The notes under the pieces: model-generated
What the model saw: the letters and a program-made list of their open reading frames with translations, nothing else
The model's database searches: none
What the model was told of the DNA's origin: nothing
Made by a program: the position numbers and the translations under genes
Part shown: positions 49,148 to 59,193 of the stretch, piece after piece
Numbering within the stretch: the stretch's first letter is position 1
How the letters are laid out: the number at the start of each line of letters is the position of its first letter
From: Spirochaetia bacterium
GTDB lineage: Bacteria; Spirochaetota; Spirochaetia; DSM-27196; Salinispiraceae
Direction of reading: 5' to 3'
NCBI GenBank assembly: GCA_038204425.1
Contig: JBBRCZ010000008.1
Coordinates: 64,001 to 128,000, forward strand
DNA length: 64,000 nt

Positions 49148-50317
49148 TCAGAGGCTTGCTAGCGCTCTAACAAGTTCTTCTGTCTTGTCCGTCCGTTCCC
49201 ATGAAAATTCTGCTCGTCCAAAGTGGCCATAGGCAGCTGTTGCTGAGTAGATTGGTCGCTTGAGATCTAGTTGAGTAACTATTGCTGAGGGTCGCAGATC
49301 AAACACTTTTTGTACGGCTTTGGCTATCAGTTCATCGCTGGCAGTTCCTGTACCAAAGGTATCAACCATCACACTGACCGGCAGATGGTAACCAATTGCA
49401 TAGGCCAGCTGCAGTTCTGCTCGACTTGCTAGGCCAGCTGCAACGATGTTTTTGGCAACATAGCGCGCCATGTAGGCCGCAGACCGGTCCACCTTAGATG
49501 GATCCTTACCAGAAAAAGCGCCGCCTCCGTGGCGGCCCATGCCACCGTAAGTGTCGACGATTATTTTTCTACCCGTTAGTCCGCTGTCGCCGTGCGGGCC
49601 GCCAATCACAAAGCGTCCTGTTGGGTTGACCAAAAATTTGGTATCGTCGTCGAGCAGACCACTTGGTTCCAGAATGGGCCGAATAATTTTTGCTATTATG
49701 GTTTGCTTGAGTTCCTCGTGGCTAACCTCATTATCATGTTGATGACTTAAAACGACAGCTGAGATTCTTTTTGGCTTATAGTCCTCGTACTCGATACTGA
49801 CTTGACTCTTGGCATCGGGACGCAACCACGTTATCTCGCCGGCTTTTCTGAGCTTAGCAGCATGTTGCATTAGTTTGTGTGAATACATAATTGGCGCTGG
49901 CATGAGCTCTTCTGTTTCGCTGCAGGCGAAGCCAAACATCATACCCTGATCGCCAGCGCCTTGCTCGCCGCCAGCGTCGCCTTTGCCGTCTACACCTTGG
50001 GCAATATCCGGGCTCTGTGCATGGATAGCGTTAAGTACCGACATCGATTCCCAATCTAATCCATAAGCTGGGTTATCATAGCCAATCCGTTTGGCCACTG
50101 TGCGCGCTACCTCTTGAATATCTACATAGGTTTTGGTGGTAATCTCACCACCAACCAAAATCAAACCAGTGGTGGTAAAGGTTTCACAAGCTACTCGACT
50201 GTTAGGATCAGCCGCAAGACAAGCATCGAGCACAGCATCGGATACTTGATCTGCAAGTTTGTCGGGATGACCTTCTGATACCGACTCTGACGTAAAAACA
50301 TACTTTCTAGTACTCAT
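49148..50317 (-). CDS. metK: S-adenosylmethionine synthetase
   Basis: [42 protein letters not shown]. Confidence 0.98.
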   Translation of the reverse strand: MSTRKYVFTSESVSEGHPDKLADQVSDAVLDACLAADPNSRVACETFTTTGLILVGGEITTKTYVDIQEVARTVAKRIGYDNPAYGLDWESMSVLNAIHAQSPDIAQGVDGKGDAGGEQGAGDQGMMFGFACSETEELMPAPIMYSHKLMQHAAKLRKAGEITWLRPDAKSQVSIEYEDYKPKRISAVVLSHQHDNEVSHEELKQTIIAKIIRPILEPSGLLDDDTKFLVNPTGRFVIGGPHGDSGLTGRKIIVDTYGGMGRHGGGAFSGKDPSKVDRSAAYMARYVAKNIVAAGLASRAELQLAYAIGYHLPVSVMVDTFGTGTASDELIAKAVQKVFDLRPSAIVTQLDLKRPIYSATAAYGHFGRAEFSWERTDKTEELVRALASL

Positions 50318-50363
50318 GAGCTAACACTCCCTTCTTAAGTCACAACCAAAGAATCACATACTT

Positions 50364-50405
50364 ATATCACTACTTCATGATACGTTGATATACAAACTTT
50401 TGCAA
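50364..50405 (-). promoter_or_regulatory. metK promoter with overlapping ATCA-N8-TGAT-type inverted repeats
   Basis: Minus-strand TTGCAA-N17-TATCAT (50405-50377); ATATCAC-N6-ATGATAC (50364-50383) and ACTTCAT-N6-TTGATAT (50372-50391). Confidence 0.55.
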
Positions 50406-50500
50406 TATATCTGCTTAGCTATAAAGTGCTGTAAAAAAAGCTTGATGCAAACAGTAAAAAAAGTTAAAACCTTGCTGATCTGTCTATACAAGGAAACTAT

Positions 50501-50782
50501 ATGTTAACTGTTAATGAATATTTTGAGGGTAAAGTCAAGTCGATCGGACTTAAAGCCCAAGGTAAAAAGGCCACTATCGGCGTGATGGAAGCCGGTGACT
50601 ACGAGTTTGGTACCTCCACTCGTGAGGTCATGCAGATAGTCAGTGGGTCGATGCGCGTCAAACTACCTGGGGCCGCAGATTGGGTCAACTTTGATACTGG
50701 ATCTTCTTTTGAAGTTGAGGCTGGCAAAAAATTTCAGCTCAAACTTGCTCAAGACAGCTCATATCTTTGCCTCTACGACTGA
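50501..50782 (+). CDS. ppnP: Pyrimidine/purine nucleoside phosphorylase (YaiE/DUF1255)
   Basis: MLTVNEYFEGKVKSIG, GVM..G.YEFGT..REVM, YLC.Y; 93 aa. Confidence 0.92.
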   Translation: MLTVNEYFEGKVKSIGLKAQGKKATIGVMEAGDYEFGTSTREVMQIVSGSMRVKLPGAADWVNFDTGSSFEVEAGKKFQLKLAQDSSYLCLYD

Positions 50783-50797
50783 TGCCAGCCTCACAAG

Positions 50798-51763
50798 CTA
50801 CTGTGAGAGCAGGTTGTGAGACACTAGAATTACTTTCTTGGTATCCTTGGCCAGTGTTATATGAAAACTGCCTTCTGAAGTAACGCCATTTTTAAGTTTT
50901 ACAAAGCTAGAGTTCATGCTGCCTAGGTAGCTCAGCACGTTAGCTTTGCGCCTATAGAGGTGCAGTATACCTTCCATTTCAAAGACCCCACCAAAAACCT
51001 GCCCCTTGGTCTCAAAACCAGGGAACTCGGAAGCACCATTGGAAGTAAACATCACGCCTGAATTTCCAAGGCCAAATAAGCCGCGGGCTTCAAATTTGAT
51101 CCCCAACTGGCCTTTGCTAAGTCCTGCAATACTCTGATTCATGTTCATCATGGCGACGGTACCAAACTTGGGAATTCGTGCTTCTATGGTATATATGTGC
51201 ACATTAAAGAGCTTGAGAAAAAGTTCGGCGTTTTCCTTTTCTGATAGTCCACTGGTACCAAAAGCGGCCGCTTCTATATCATCAGAAAAAGACCGGTAGA
51301 GTTCACCGTTTATAACTAGACCTTTTTGTTTATTGCCAGGTAGGGCCAATCGCAATTCAGTTCTAGAAGCTGCCTCGCGGATACCGCGAGAATCAAGATA
51401 GGTCAAAACAGGAAATCCTTGCGGGCTTTCATGGACAAAGGCCTCTGCAAAGTGGGTTCGATCAAAGACCAAAGTGCTTGGAACAGACCTCAGCTCACTG
51501 CCTTGCTTAGAACTGCCAATACTGAGCAGGGTGCGAACCTTGACCTTGGGATAGATCTGAATACAAATAGTGGCAATAATCTTGTCGCGTTTCTCAAAAG
51601 AATAGAGTTCCATACGATAATTGTCGTTGGTAAATCGTGGTTGACCTTTGCCCAAGTCTCGATACCAAACTCCTTCAAACTCAGAAGATTCCAAAGCCAG
51701 AAGTGGCCAAGCTGTAAGCATAGTCAGTACCAAAACCATGATTACTTGTTTTATTTTTTTCAT
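50798..51763 (-). CDS. Exported hypothetical protein
   Basis: Signal peptide MKKIKQVIMVLVLTMLTAWPLLA; starts 1 bp after the OmpA gene stop. Confidence 0.65.
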   Translation of the reverse strand: MKKIKQVIMVLVLTMLTAWPLLALESSEFEGVWYRDLGKGQPRFTNDNYRMELYSFEKRDKIIATICIQIYPKVKVRTLLSIGSSKQGSELRSVPSTLVFDRTHFAEAFVHESPQGFPVLTYLDSRGIREAASRTELRLALPGNKQKGLVINGELYRSFSDDIEAAAFGTSGLSEKENAELFLKLFNVHIYTIEARIPKFGTVAMMNMNQSIAGLSKGQLGIKFEARGLFGLGNSGVMFTSNGASEFPGFETKGQVFGGVFEMEGILHLYRRKANVLSYLGSMNSSFVKLKNGVTSEGSFHITLAKDTKKVILVSHNLLSQ

Positions 51764-51764
51764 A

Positions 51765-53003
51765 TCAATCCTTAAGTATAATTATTTCAACCCGGCGATT
51801 TTTTGCCCGGCCTTCTTCGGTCTCATTAGTCGCCAAGGCAACTGAACCACCTTTTCCTTCTATCAATAAGCGATCTGGCGCTATGCCACGCTTAAGCAGT
51901 TCTGCACTAATTTTGCGGGCACGTTCTAAAGACAGGCTAAGCTGACTTGCTTGGTCCCCAACTGCAGCAGTATGTCCCTGAACCAAAAGACTAGAACTTG
52001 CCACCGTCTTTAGTAAGGCTGCTATGGTGTCAAGTCTTTCTTCCTCACCACTGAGCAAAACAGCTTGGTCCGCCACAAAACGCAGGTTTTCTAGTTCTAA
52101 AACCGTACCTCGTTCTTCTTTTCTAATGCGTATATCTTTAAACTCTTGGTCTTCAATTCGCTTGGTAACTTGCTCTACAAGCTGTTCGCGCTCACGTCGC
52201 TCACCAAAGGGAGCAATACCCTGGTAAAAAGTAAGTACAAAGCCTTCATTGAGCACCGTTTTGCCGTCCCGGTAGGTAACCGTTTCTTTGCCAAGTGTTT
52301 CACGCGCAAAAACTGGCTGGAGATCTTTGGCATCTAAATAAAGCTGGACATCCCGCGTGCCAAAAAGGCCACTTACCTCTGGGTTTTGAGGCAGGGGACT
52401 AAAACGCGGCATGCGAACAGCATACTTTCCCTTAACCTCAATAACTTGCCGCTTATTCCACAGCACCAAACCTAGGATGGTGTATTCAACCAAAACTGGA
52501 ACCTTTATAAGTCCACCGTCACCAAGTGGGTCAAGCATCAAGAACGCTGCTATTTTCCAAGCCTTGCCAGCTTTGATTTCTAAATCATTGGGCACACGTG
52601 GGATCCATGCGGGTCCCGCAGGCAGCGGCAAACTCTCGTTGCTAATGACGCCATCATTAGCAAGTACAAATCGTGCTTGAATACTGTCGCGCAGTTCTTT
52701 AGGCGAGTTAGTTGGATCGACCTTTTCCTCGCGCCCAATCAAATAATCAGCGCGCAGCAAACCGCTTTGGCTTGGGTTAGAAACTGGTTCCATAATGATC
52801 AACTGATTGCCATAGAAAAGCCCTTGGTAATTGTTGTCTACGCGCCGTCTGACATTATAACGTTGAGAAATTTTAATAATTCCATCGCCGGCTCGCTCAT
52901 CTTGGATAAGCCCAGATCTTTCAAGCAAGACTTGACTTGTTAGAGGATCGATACTTGCAATGAGCAAAAGGACGAATAAACCAAGCCTCGGTAGTAACTG
53001 CAT
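51765..53003 (-). CDS. OmpA-family protein (C-terminal peptidoglycan-binding domain)
   Basis: Signal peptide; LRFVADQA, VQGHTA, LSLERA, GKGG, RAKNRRVEI. Confidence 0.88.
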   Translation of the reverse strand: MQLLPRLGLFVLLLIASIDPLTSQVLLERSGLIQDERAGDGIIKISQRYNVRRRVDNNYQGLFYGNQLIIMEPVSNPSQSGLLRADYLIGREEKVDPTNSPKELRDSIQARFVLANDGVISNESLPLPAGPAWIPRVPNDLEIKAGKAWKIAAFLMLDPLGDGGLIKVPVLVEYTILGLVLWNKRQVIEVKGKYAVRMPRFSPLPQNPEVSGLFGTRDVQLYLDAKDLQPVFARETLGKETVTYRDGKTVLNEGFVLTFYQGIAPFGERREREQLVEQVTKRIEDQEFKDIRIRKEERGTVLELENLRFVADQAVLLSGEEERLDTIAALLKTVASSSLLVQGHTAAVGDQASQLSLSLERARKISAELLKRGIAPDRLLIEGKGGSVALATNETEEGRAKNRRVEIIILKD

Positions 53004-53116
53004 GGTTTTAATATAGGCACGTTCCTAAACTTTTGATATCTTTTTGAGAGATTTTCGTTGGGATCGGCATTATATCGAACTGCTCGGTCAATTAATTAAA
53101 GCAAGAGGCGGCATAT

Positions 53117-53920
53117 ATGAAGTTTAATCGACTCGTTTCTATAGTGGTGTTTTTTTTCTTGGTAGTAAGCGGACTTTACGCATTAACTAGCCTGCAGTAC
53201 TTGTTGCCAAACATAGCTGCAGAAACCATCATGCCGCTGAGCAAGGCTAAAACCACCATCTGGGCTCAGAACGAAGACAGCGAAAAAGAACTACGCAGCG
53301 GAAGCATAAGTTCCAGCTGGGACCAAGAGAACAAATATTGGACGGTAAACACCGTAGATGAACTAAGCACTAGCAGTTTGCGTGTTTCGGCGCAAGGAGA
53401 ACTGATCAACTTTAGTGTTGCGACAAAGGACCAACGACAGATTAAACGCAATAAATATGACCACCTGACCATACAAAAGTCTAGTGCTCGGCAGTACGTT
53501 TTTTCTAAATCTTTGCAACAAAAAAAAGAACAACCAAGCATACATAACTTGACAGAAAAGGAAGTTCTGTTTGCAGTTTTGCCCTATCAAGTGCAGCGAC
53601 TGCTCAAGGCAAAAGTTAAAGATGGCGTTAACTTGGACCTAGTGATTACCAATAATCTAAGCGTCAACTTTGACCTCGCATTTATGGCTGTCGATCCCAA
53701 CAAACCCTTGCCAGGTAAATATGATTTCCCCAAAGCCTTTCTTGACAGTCTCAAGCAACACTCGAGCCTCAACGTAATTGAAACAGGGGCCACCGGCATT
53801 GCAGGACTGATCTACCCTCACAAATTTTATCTGGCCTTTGGCCCTGCACCGGACTATTTGCCATTGGCCTCCTGGGGTGGTGAGCCGGGCAAAGACTTTT
53901 TTCAGGTCAGCGAACTATAG
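53117..53920 (+). CDS. Exported hypothetical protein
   Basis: Signal peptide MKFNRLVSIVVFFFLVVSGLYA; GAGG RBS. Confidence 0.65.
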   Translation: MKFNRLVSIVVFFFLVVSGLYALTSLQYLLPNIAAETIMPLSKAKTTIWAQNEDSEKELRSGSISSSWDQENKYWTVNTVDELSTSSLRVSAQGELINFSVATKDQRQIKRNKYDHLTIQKSSARQYVFSKSLQQKKEQPSIHNLTEKEVLFAVLPYQVQRLLKAKVKDGVNLDLVITNNLSVNFDLAFMAVDPNKPLPGKYDFPKAFLDSLKQHSSLNVIETGATGIAGLIYPHKFYLAFGPAPDYLPLASWGGEPGKDFFQVSEL

Positions 53921-53945
53921 GGTTGGCTCAACTCTGGCAGCCTTG

Positions 53946-54872
53946 CTATTTGCGGCGACTTCTTGCTAAGGCGAGTTCGGCGACTATCTGGGCTGAGCTC
54001 TTTTGCCAACGCTCTTTGACATAGTCTTCCATAGTCGCAAAGCGGTAGCCGGCCTGCTTAAGTTCTGTAATAATGTGAGGAAGTGCGCCGATCGAAGTTG
54101 GATGTATGTCATGCATCAAAACCACAAAACCCAAACCGCCGAGCGCATTCTGAAGGATCTGTTTTTTTATGCGCTCTACCTTGATTGCAAAGGTGAGCAG
54201 TTTGGGCTGGTAGCTTTCATTGGGCTCAAACCACTCGCCGCGCGTCCAATCGGCACTATCCCGAGAATCGCCCTCCCAAGTCCACAACATGGGCAGGCCG
54301 CGGCGCTGCAGCAAAGCTAACATTGCATCTTTGCGACTTTGTCGATAGTTGCTAAACCAAGGCCCACCAAAGGGTGGCCTAATGAGCGTCATTGCCGGTG
54401 CCTTATCGCCGAGTATTCGATTGAGTTCTGTTTGGTTTATGTCGAGCTCTGCGAGAACTTGGGCTTGGCTAAGCCCCATAAGATTGGGATGAGAAGCGGT
54501 GTGGTTGCCAATAATGTGACCTTCATCAACCATACGTTCAAGCGCTTCTGGATAAAGCTCAAAAAGGCTCGGACCAGAACTGTGCAAGCTCTGTCCCCAA
54601 CGGGAACAAACAAAGAAGGTCGCTTTAATGTTTTCTTGCTTGAGCACGTCAAGCACTTGCTGAGTAAATGGACCGGGACCGTCGTCAAAACTGAGATAGA
54701 CTGTCCGATCTGGGAGCGCGTCACCATGGAAGAAACGGTAGTCTTTACTGGAAACGGTTTGTTTTTTTTGAGCGGTCACAGTGGTCGGGGAGCCGGCACC
54801 TAGCTGGCTAAGCGCCGGCATTCCTAGGCCAAGTATAATGAGCAGAAGCATGTTGACTGATAGCATTCTCAT
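53946..54872 (-). CDS. Exported polysaccharide/peptidoglycan deacetylase (CE4/NodB)
   Basis: LSFDDGP, ATFFV, GNHTASH, IRPPFG, VLMHD; probable start ATG 54872, 4 bp after the response regulator. Confidence 0.9.
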   Translation of the reverse strand: MRMLSVNMLLLIILGLGMPALSQLGAGSPTTVTAQKKQTVSSKDYRFFHGDALPDRTVYLSFDDGPGPFTQQVLDVLKQENIKATFFVCSRWGQSLHSSGPSLFELYPEALERMVDEGHIIGNHTASHPNLMGLSQAQVLAELDINQTELNRILGDKAPAMTLIRPPFGGPWFSNYRQSRKDAMLALLQRRGLPMLWTWEGDSRDSADWTRGEWFEPNESYQPKLLTFAIKVERIKKQILQNALGGLGFVVLMHDIHPTSIGALPHIITELKQAGYRFATMEDYVKERWQKSSAQIVAELALARSRRK

Positions 54873-54876
54873 TGCT

Positions 54877-55593
54877 TCAAGTATCGGCACTATTCTCAAA
54901 TCGATAACCAAGTCCTTGCACGGTATGAATAAACTGAACATTTTTGGGATTTTTTTCTAACTTTTTGCGCAGCTGGGCTATGTGTTGATCAAGCGTTCTA
55001 CTCAAAGGCGCTTGCTCAAGATCCCAACAGCGTCTAAAGAACTGCGCCCGGCTAACCACCTTGCCCTCGTTTTCGGCCAAGACTTGCAACATCAGGAGTT
55101 CTCGTGGCACGAGGTCAACCCGCAGACTGTCCCAGTTTGCACGAAGACTTGCCGGGCTAATTGTCCATGGACCAAAGGCAAAATCCTGGGCGGTAGCTTC
55201 AATGGGTATTGGTTTATCATGGGAACCAAACCTGTTTTGGCGCCGCATAATGGCGCGCACTCTTGCGCTTAGTTCGCGGACGCCAAAAGGCTTAACTATA
55301 AAGTCGTCAGCTCCCAATTCTAGTCCCAGCACCTTATCTATCTCTTCGCTTTTGGCGCTAATAAACAGCACCGGGATGCTGCTATCTTTTTTTCTAATCT
55401 CTTTGCAGACATCGTAACCAGATAGCCCTGGCATCATTACGTCGAGGCAGACTAAGTCAAACGTGTCGGCGGCAAAAGCGAGCAAAGCGTTCTTGCCATC
55501 CGCATAAGCTCTGACTTGCCAACCTTCTTCTTCAAAAATGGTCTTGAGCGCTTCTCGTGTATATAGGTCATCTTCGGCGCAAAGAACTTTCAT
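54877..55593 (-). CDS. OmpR/PhoB-family response regulator
   Basis: AEDD, LDVMMP, ISAK, GADDFIVKPF, winged helix SRTLDQHIAQLRKK..TVQGLGYRF. Confidence 0.95.
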   Translation of the reverse strand: MKVLCAEDDLYTREALKTIFEEEGWQVRAYADGKNALLAFAADTFDLVCLDVMMPGLSGYDVCKEIRKKDSSIPVLFISAKSEEIDKVLGLELGADDFIVKPFGVRELSARVRAIMRRQNRFGSHDKPIPIEATAQDFAFGPWTISPASLRANWDSLRVDLVPRELLMLQVLAENEGKVVSRAQFFRRCWDLEQAPLSRTLDQHIAQLRKKLEKNPKNVQFIHTVQGLGYRFENSADT

Positions 55594-57165
55594 CTAGGCC
55601 TCCTTGGAAACTTCATCTGCTCGCAAACTAAACCAGAACCTCGCCCCACCGCCGGGGTTGGCAAGATAGCCAGCATCCCCGCCGTGGGCTCGTGCCAAGT
55701 CCCTGACTATCGCGAGGCCAAGTCCCGCGCCGCCTACGCCGTCAGTATGACGGGTGTGGAACCGTTCAAAGGGCAAAAATGCTTTACTTAGTGCGTGTGG
55801 CGGCAAGCCTGGGCCGCGATCGCTGACGGTCACGGTAGCAGTACCATCTTTGTAGACGCTTGCAAGTTCTACCGAATGCCCATCGCGGGCGTATTTTTCG
55901 GCGTTACTCAACAGATTGCCCAGCATCTGGTCCAGCCAGTCTGCATCAAAAATACAGCCTCCGGGGCAGGCAAGTTTAAAGCTTAAATCTAAGCCTTTCT
56001 CGTAAAAGCTGGCGGCAAAACTTTCGGCAGAGAGCCGCACGGCATCGTCAATTATGCCCTCGCGCAGGTTAGGTTTGTCGGCTTTTTGGCGTCTTCCAAA
56101 GGTTAATACGTTGTGAATAAGCCGACTTAGCTTACGACCCTCACGCAAAATGATGGCACTATATTCTCGCTCTTTGACAAGGGTGCCAGCAGGTTCTTTA
56201 GCAAAGCGGCTCTCGAGCAACTCAGCATAGAGCCGTATGTTGGTTAAGGGCGTCTTTAATTCGTGCGAGACTTGGTTAACAAAGCTCACTCGCTGGCCAG
56301 CTTCTTGCAATTGTTTGGAAATGCTGTTTCTAAGTAGCATAAAGACCCACACAAAAACAGCTACTATCAAGCCAATGCCGAGTCCAAGCCACAGTCGAGG
56401 ATCAAACTGATCATTGATAGCCTCAAGTCCGGCCTTCCACTCAAATGACCAGCCGCGCAGTGCTGCGCTTAAGTTGCTGTTTACCACAATTGGCCTGCTA
56501 TCTTCTGCAAAAGTCGCGCGACCCCAGCTGAGAAAAACCTTGTTTTGGTCGTCGTAGAGCGCGATGTAATGCTGAGTTTGCTCTTCTGAAGAAAGCCAAG
56601 CACGGCTCAAGCGGGCAACTAGGTCGGCAAGTAAAGCATTACGTTCGACCTCAAGCACGATAAATCCCTTGCTTGCAAGTGGGTCCCGCGGCAGCCAATA
56701 TAAAAGTTGAACGCCGTCATGCCAATAGAACTCTTGCCAGCCTCCTCGCGGGTCGTAACGGCCGCTCTCAGGTACGGTTGGCACCCAGGATGCACTCAAG
56801 AGATTGGCGCTACGCACGAAAAATTCTTGTTCTTTGACACTTGCTGGACGCCCGTTGGGTATTTCTATCCGACCTTTGGGGTCTAACCCGACCAAGGCTC
56901 GCACCCAAGGTTCGGCTTCTGCTTGTTGGTGGATTTGGTCAGGATTAGCTCTTGCCTTTTGCGTGATCTCCAAGAGTTTTTGTTGCCACTGCGCTTGCGC
57001 CTGCGTGCTCAGTTGCTCAAGCACCATCAGTCGATCTGCCAAAATAGCAGAGGCCCGCATGCGGGCCTTGCCTTCATCTACATTTATTTGCCAAACGCCA
57101 AGCACAAGCACAGCAACCAGCGGTATGAGCACCATCAGACTTGCCAATGCTGTTGTTCGTTTCAT
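55594..57165 (-). CDS. Sensor histidine kinase (two TM helices, periplasmic sensor)
   Basis: VSHELKTPL, NLLSNAEKY, DRGPG, GAGLGL. Confidence 0.95.
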   Translation of the reverse strand: MKRTTALASLMVLIPLVAVLVLGVWQINVDEGKARMRASAILADRLMVLEQLSTQAQAQWQQKLLEITQKARANPDQIHQQAEAEPWVRALVGLDPKGRIEIPNGRPASVKEQEFFVRSANLLSASWVPTVPESGRYDPRGGWQEFYWHDGVQLLYWLPRDPLASKGFIVLEVERNALLADLVARLSRAWLSSEEQTQHYIALYDDQNKVFLSWGRATFAEDSRPIVVNSNLSAALRGWSFEWKAGLEAINDQFDPRLWLGLGIGLIVAVFVWVFMLLRNSISKQLQEAGQRVSFVNQVSHELKTPLTNIRLYAELLESRFAKEPAGTLVKEREYSAIILREGRKLSRLIHNVLTFGRRQKADKPNLREGIIDDAVRLSAESFAASFYEKGLDLSFKLACPGGCIFDADWLDQMLGNLLSNAEKYARDGHSVELASVYKDGTATVTVSDRGPGLPPHALSKAFLPFERFHTRHTDGVGGAGLGLAIVRDLARAHGGDAGYLANPGGGARFWFSLRADEVSKEA

Positions 57166-57195
57166 GTGCGTGCTCCTGCTCTGTATAGTAGCTTA

Positions 57196-58530
57196 TCAAT
57201 AAGACTGCTGGCTACGGTTTCTATTCTGCTGTTCGCGCATGGTCTTGCGTTGACTGTCCCAGTCTTCATTATCAAGACTGGCGGCGGCACCTTCGTTTGA
57301 GCGCGCATAGTCTTGTAAGGCTGGACTGTTGAGCTCGGCAGCTGCTTGTTGCAACTCGACTACATTTGACTCTAAGATCTTGCGAGCTTCGTCAGTTTTG
57401 CCTTCGTCCCGCAGCTGCAAGGCACGTTCGTTGGCTTCGGTGGCAAGTTGTAGCACTACTTGTTCCTTGACTGGCTTATTGACGCTCGAGCTGATTTTTT
57501 GTCTATCAGCACTAAACGAAACCCTGCCGACCTGGCTGGAAGACTCTCTTTTTTGATTGCTTACGTTGAGGTACTCGGCACGTGCATTGGCAACCACAAG
57601 GTTTTGACCATTGCTTCCGGCTGGAATTTCGAGTTCGATCAAGACGTATTTTTCTTGTGAACTCAGCACCTGATTGAGTTGCAAGCGTACTTCTCTGTCT
57701 CGAATATCGCCGTCGCGGTTCATCAAACGGATAGGACGCACGCCAGGTGCGCACTCAATAATGATGTTTATGTCGGTGGCAGCAATGGCCATCGCATCTT
57801 TAAACTCTGCATCAAATATACGAACCAAGTCACTTGGTTGTTCTACAAACGAATGGTTGCCATCGCTTTTAGCGGCAAGTTTTACCATCAAGTCTTCGTT
57901 GTAACCGGTACCAAGACCAATGGTGGTCACGCTAATTCCTTCTTTGCGGAGCGACGCACCTAAGTCTCCCAGCGCATTGGGCGAGTCTGGCCCTACATTG
58001 GCAATCCCGTCAGACAGGAGCACCACGCGGTTAACTTGGTTGCGAGAGATAAACTTACGAACTTCCCCTGCACCCAAGGATACGCCTGCAAACAAAGCTG
58101 TGGCTCCACCGGTGCGTATGCCTTCAATCTGGGATTGAATGCTTGAGATATTGCTTGCCCGCGTTGCTGGAACAAGCACTTCTGCTTGATCGTCGTACAC
58201 GATAACCGACACAATATCCCGCGGGCTCAAGAGTGAAACTGCATAGCTTGCTGCTTGTTTGGCCCGACGAAGTTTGTCGCCTTCCATCGATCCTGAACGG
58301 TCGAGTACAATAGCAACGTTAATGATTGGTCGTTGCACGCTGGTCAGCTCTTGACCGACCAAGCCAACTTTGAGGTATACTTTCTGAGCTGGACCGGCCA
58401 AGACTTGCGCTTGATCGAGTCCAATATCCAGCTTGACCGCTTGAGCGGATGCCAAAGCAAGTGAGCCAAACAAAAAAACCAAGACGAAAATGCTCATGCC
58501 TAAACGATTACGGTTAGTCATAGTGTTCAT
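57196..58530 (-). CDS. Exported von Willebrand factor A (YfbK-like) protein
   Basis: Signal peptide; MIDAS DRSGS, GGAT, LLSDG.AN, TIGLG..YNE. Confidence 0.9.
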   Translation of the reverse strand: MNTMTNRNRLGMSIFVLVFLFGSLALASAQAVKLDIGLDQAQVLAGPAQKVYLKVGLVGQELTSVQRPIINVAIVLDRSGSMEGDKLRRAKQAASYAVSLLSPRDIVSVIVYDDQAEVLVPATRASNISSIQSQIEGIRTGGATALFAGVSLGAGEVRKFISRNQVNRVVLLSDGIANVGPDSPNALGDLGASLRKEGISVTTIGLGTGYNEDLMVKLAAKSDGNHSFVEQPSDLVRIFDAEFKDAMAIAATDINIIIECAPGVRPIRLMNRDGDIRDREVRLQLNQVLSSQEKYVLIELEIPAGSNGQNLVVANARAEYLNVSNQKRESSSQVGRVSFSADRQKISSSVNKPVKEQVVLQLATEANERALQLRDEGKTDEARKILESNVVELQQAAAELNSPALQDYARSNEGAAASLDNEDWDSQRKTMREQQNRNRSQQSY

Positions 58531-58590
58531 AATATCCTCCTTATAAGGAAAACGCTATCTTCCTAAGCATAGCCGCTTACGTGAGAAATG

Positions 58591-58630
58591 AGGTCAAACT
58601 AGCGTAAGTCTTTTGTAAAAGCATTGTAAA
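58591..58630. promoter_or_regulatory. OmpR-type direct repeats upstream of the vWA-HK-RR operon
   Basis: TGTAAA-N5-TGTAAA (58614-58630) with degenerate copies CGTAAG and GGTCAA continuing the 11-bp period. Confidence 0.6.
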
Positions 58631-58687
58631 GTTTTTCGCTTAAAATAGCTCTTGACTTCTTGCAAGCGAAAAAGCAGACTTGGCCTT

Positions 58688-59158
58688 ATGGACGATCTCA
58701 CACTGTTGCAGGGTGTTTCACTTTTTTCTCGCTTGGATCTGCGCCACTTAAAGGCAATTCTCAAAGCATGCACCAAAAGGGTATACGAAAAAGACGCACT
58801 TTTGGTAGAACAAGGCAATCCCGGCATTGGTTTGTTTATTATCCTCGATGGAGAAGTTCGCATTCAAAAGATTCTTGCCAATCAAAAATCAGTGACTATC
58901 GCCAACAATGGCCCCGGTGACGTAATTGGAGAAATGAGCGTACTTGATGGCGCACTGCGAACAGCGAGCGTCATTGCCGAAAAAAAGACAAGCTGTTTGG
59001 TTCTCTCAGCTTGGAGCTTTAAATCTTTGTTAGAAACTCACCCCGAAGTTGCGCTTGGAATTTTGCCCGTAGTAGTACAACGCTTTCGCGAAACCAACCA
59101 CGCGCTCTTGGAACTATCACTTAAATTGGAACACACAAGCGCTGACGCTGTGCCTTGA
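58688..59158 (+). CDS. Stand-alone cyclic-nucleotide-binding domain protein
   Basis: EQGNPG.GLFIILDGEV, GPGDVIGEMSVLDGALRTASV; no HTH; ATG 58688. Confidence 0.88.
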   Translation: MDDLTLLQGVSLFSRLDLRHLKAILKACTKRVYEKDALLVEQGNPGIGLFIILDGEVRIQKILANQKSVTIANNGPGDVIGEMSVLDGALRTASVIAEKKTSCLVLSAWSFKSLLETHPEVALGILPVVVQRFRETNHALLELSLKLEHTSADAVP

Positions 59159-59193
59159 TTGCTGTCTTGGGCGCAAACGGGTATACTACTCGG

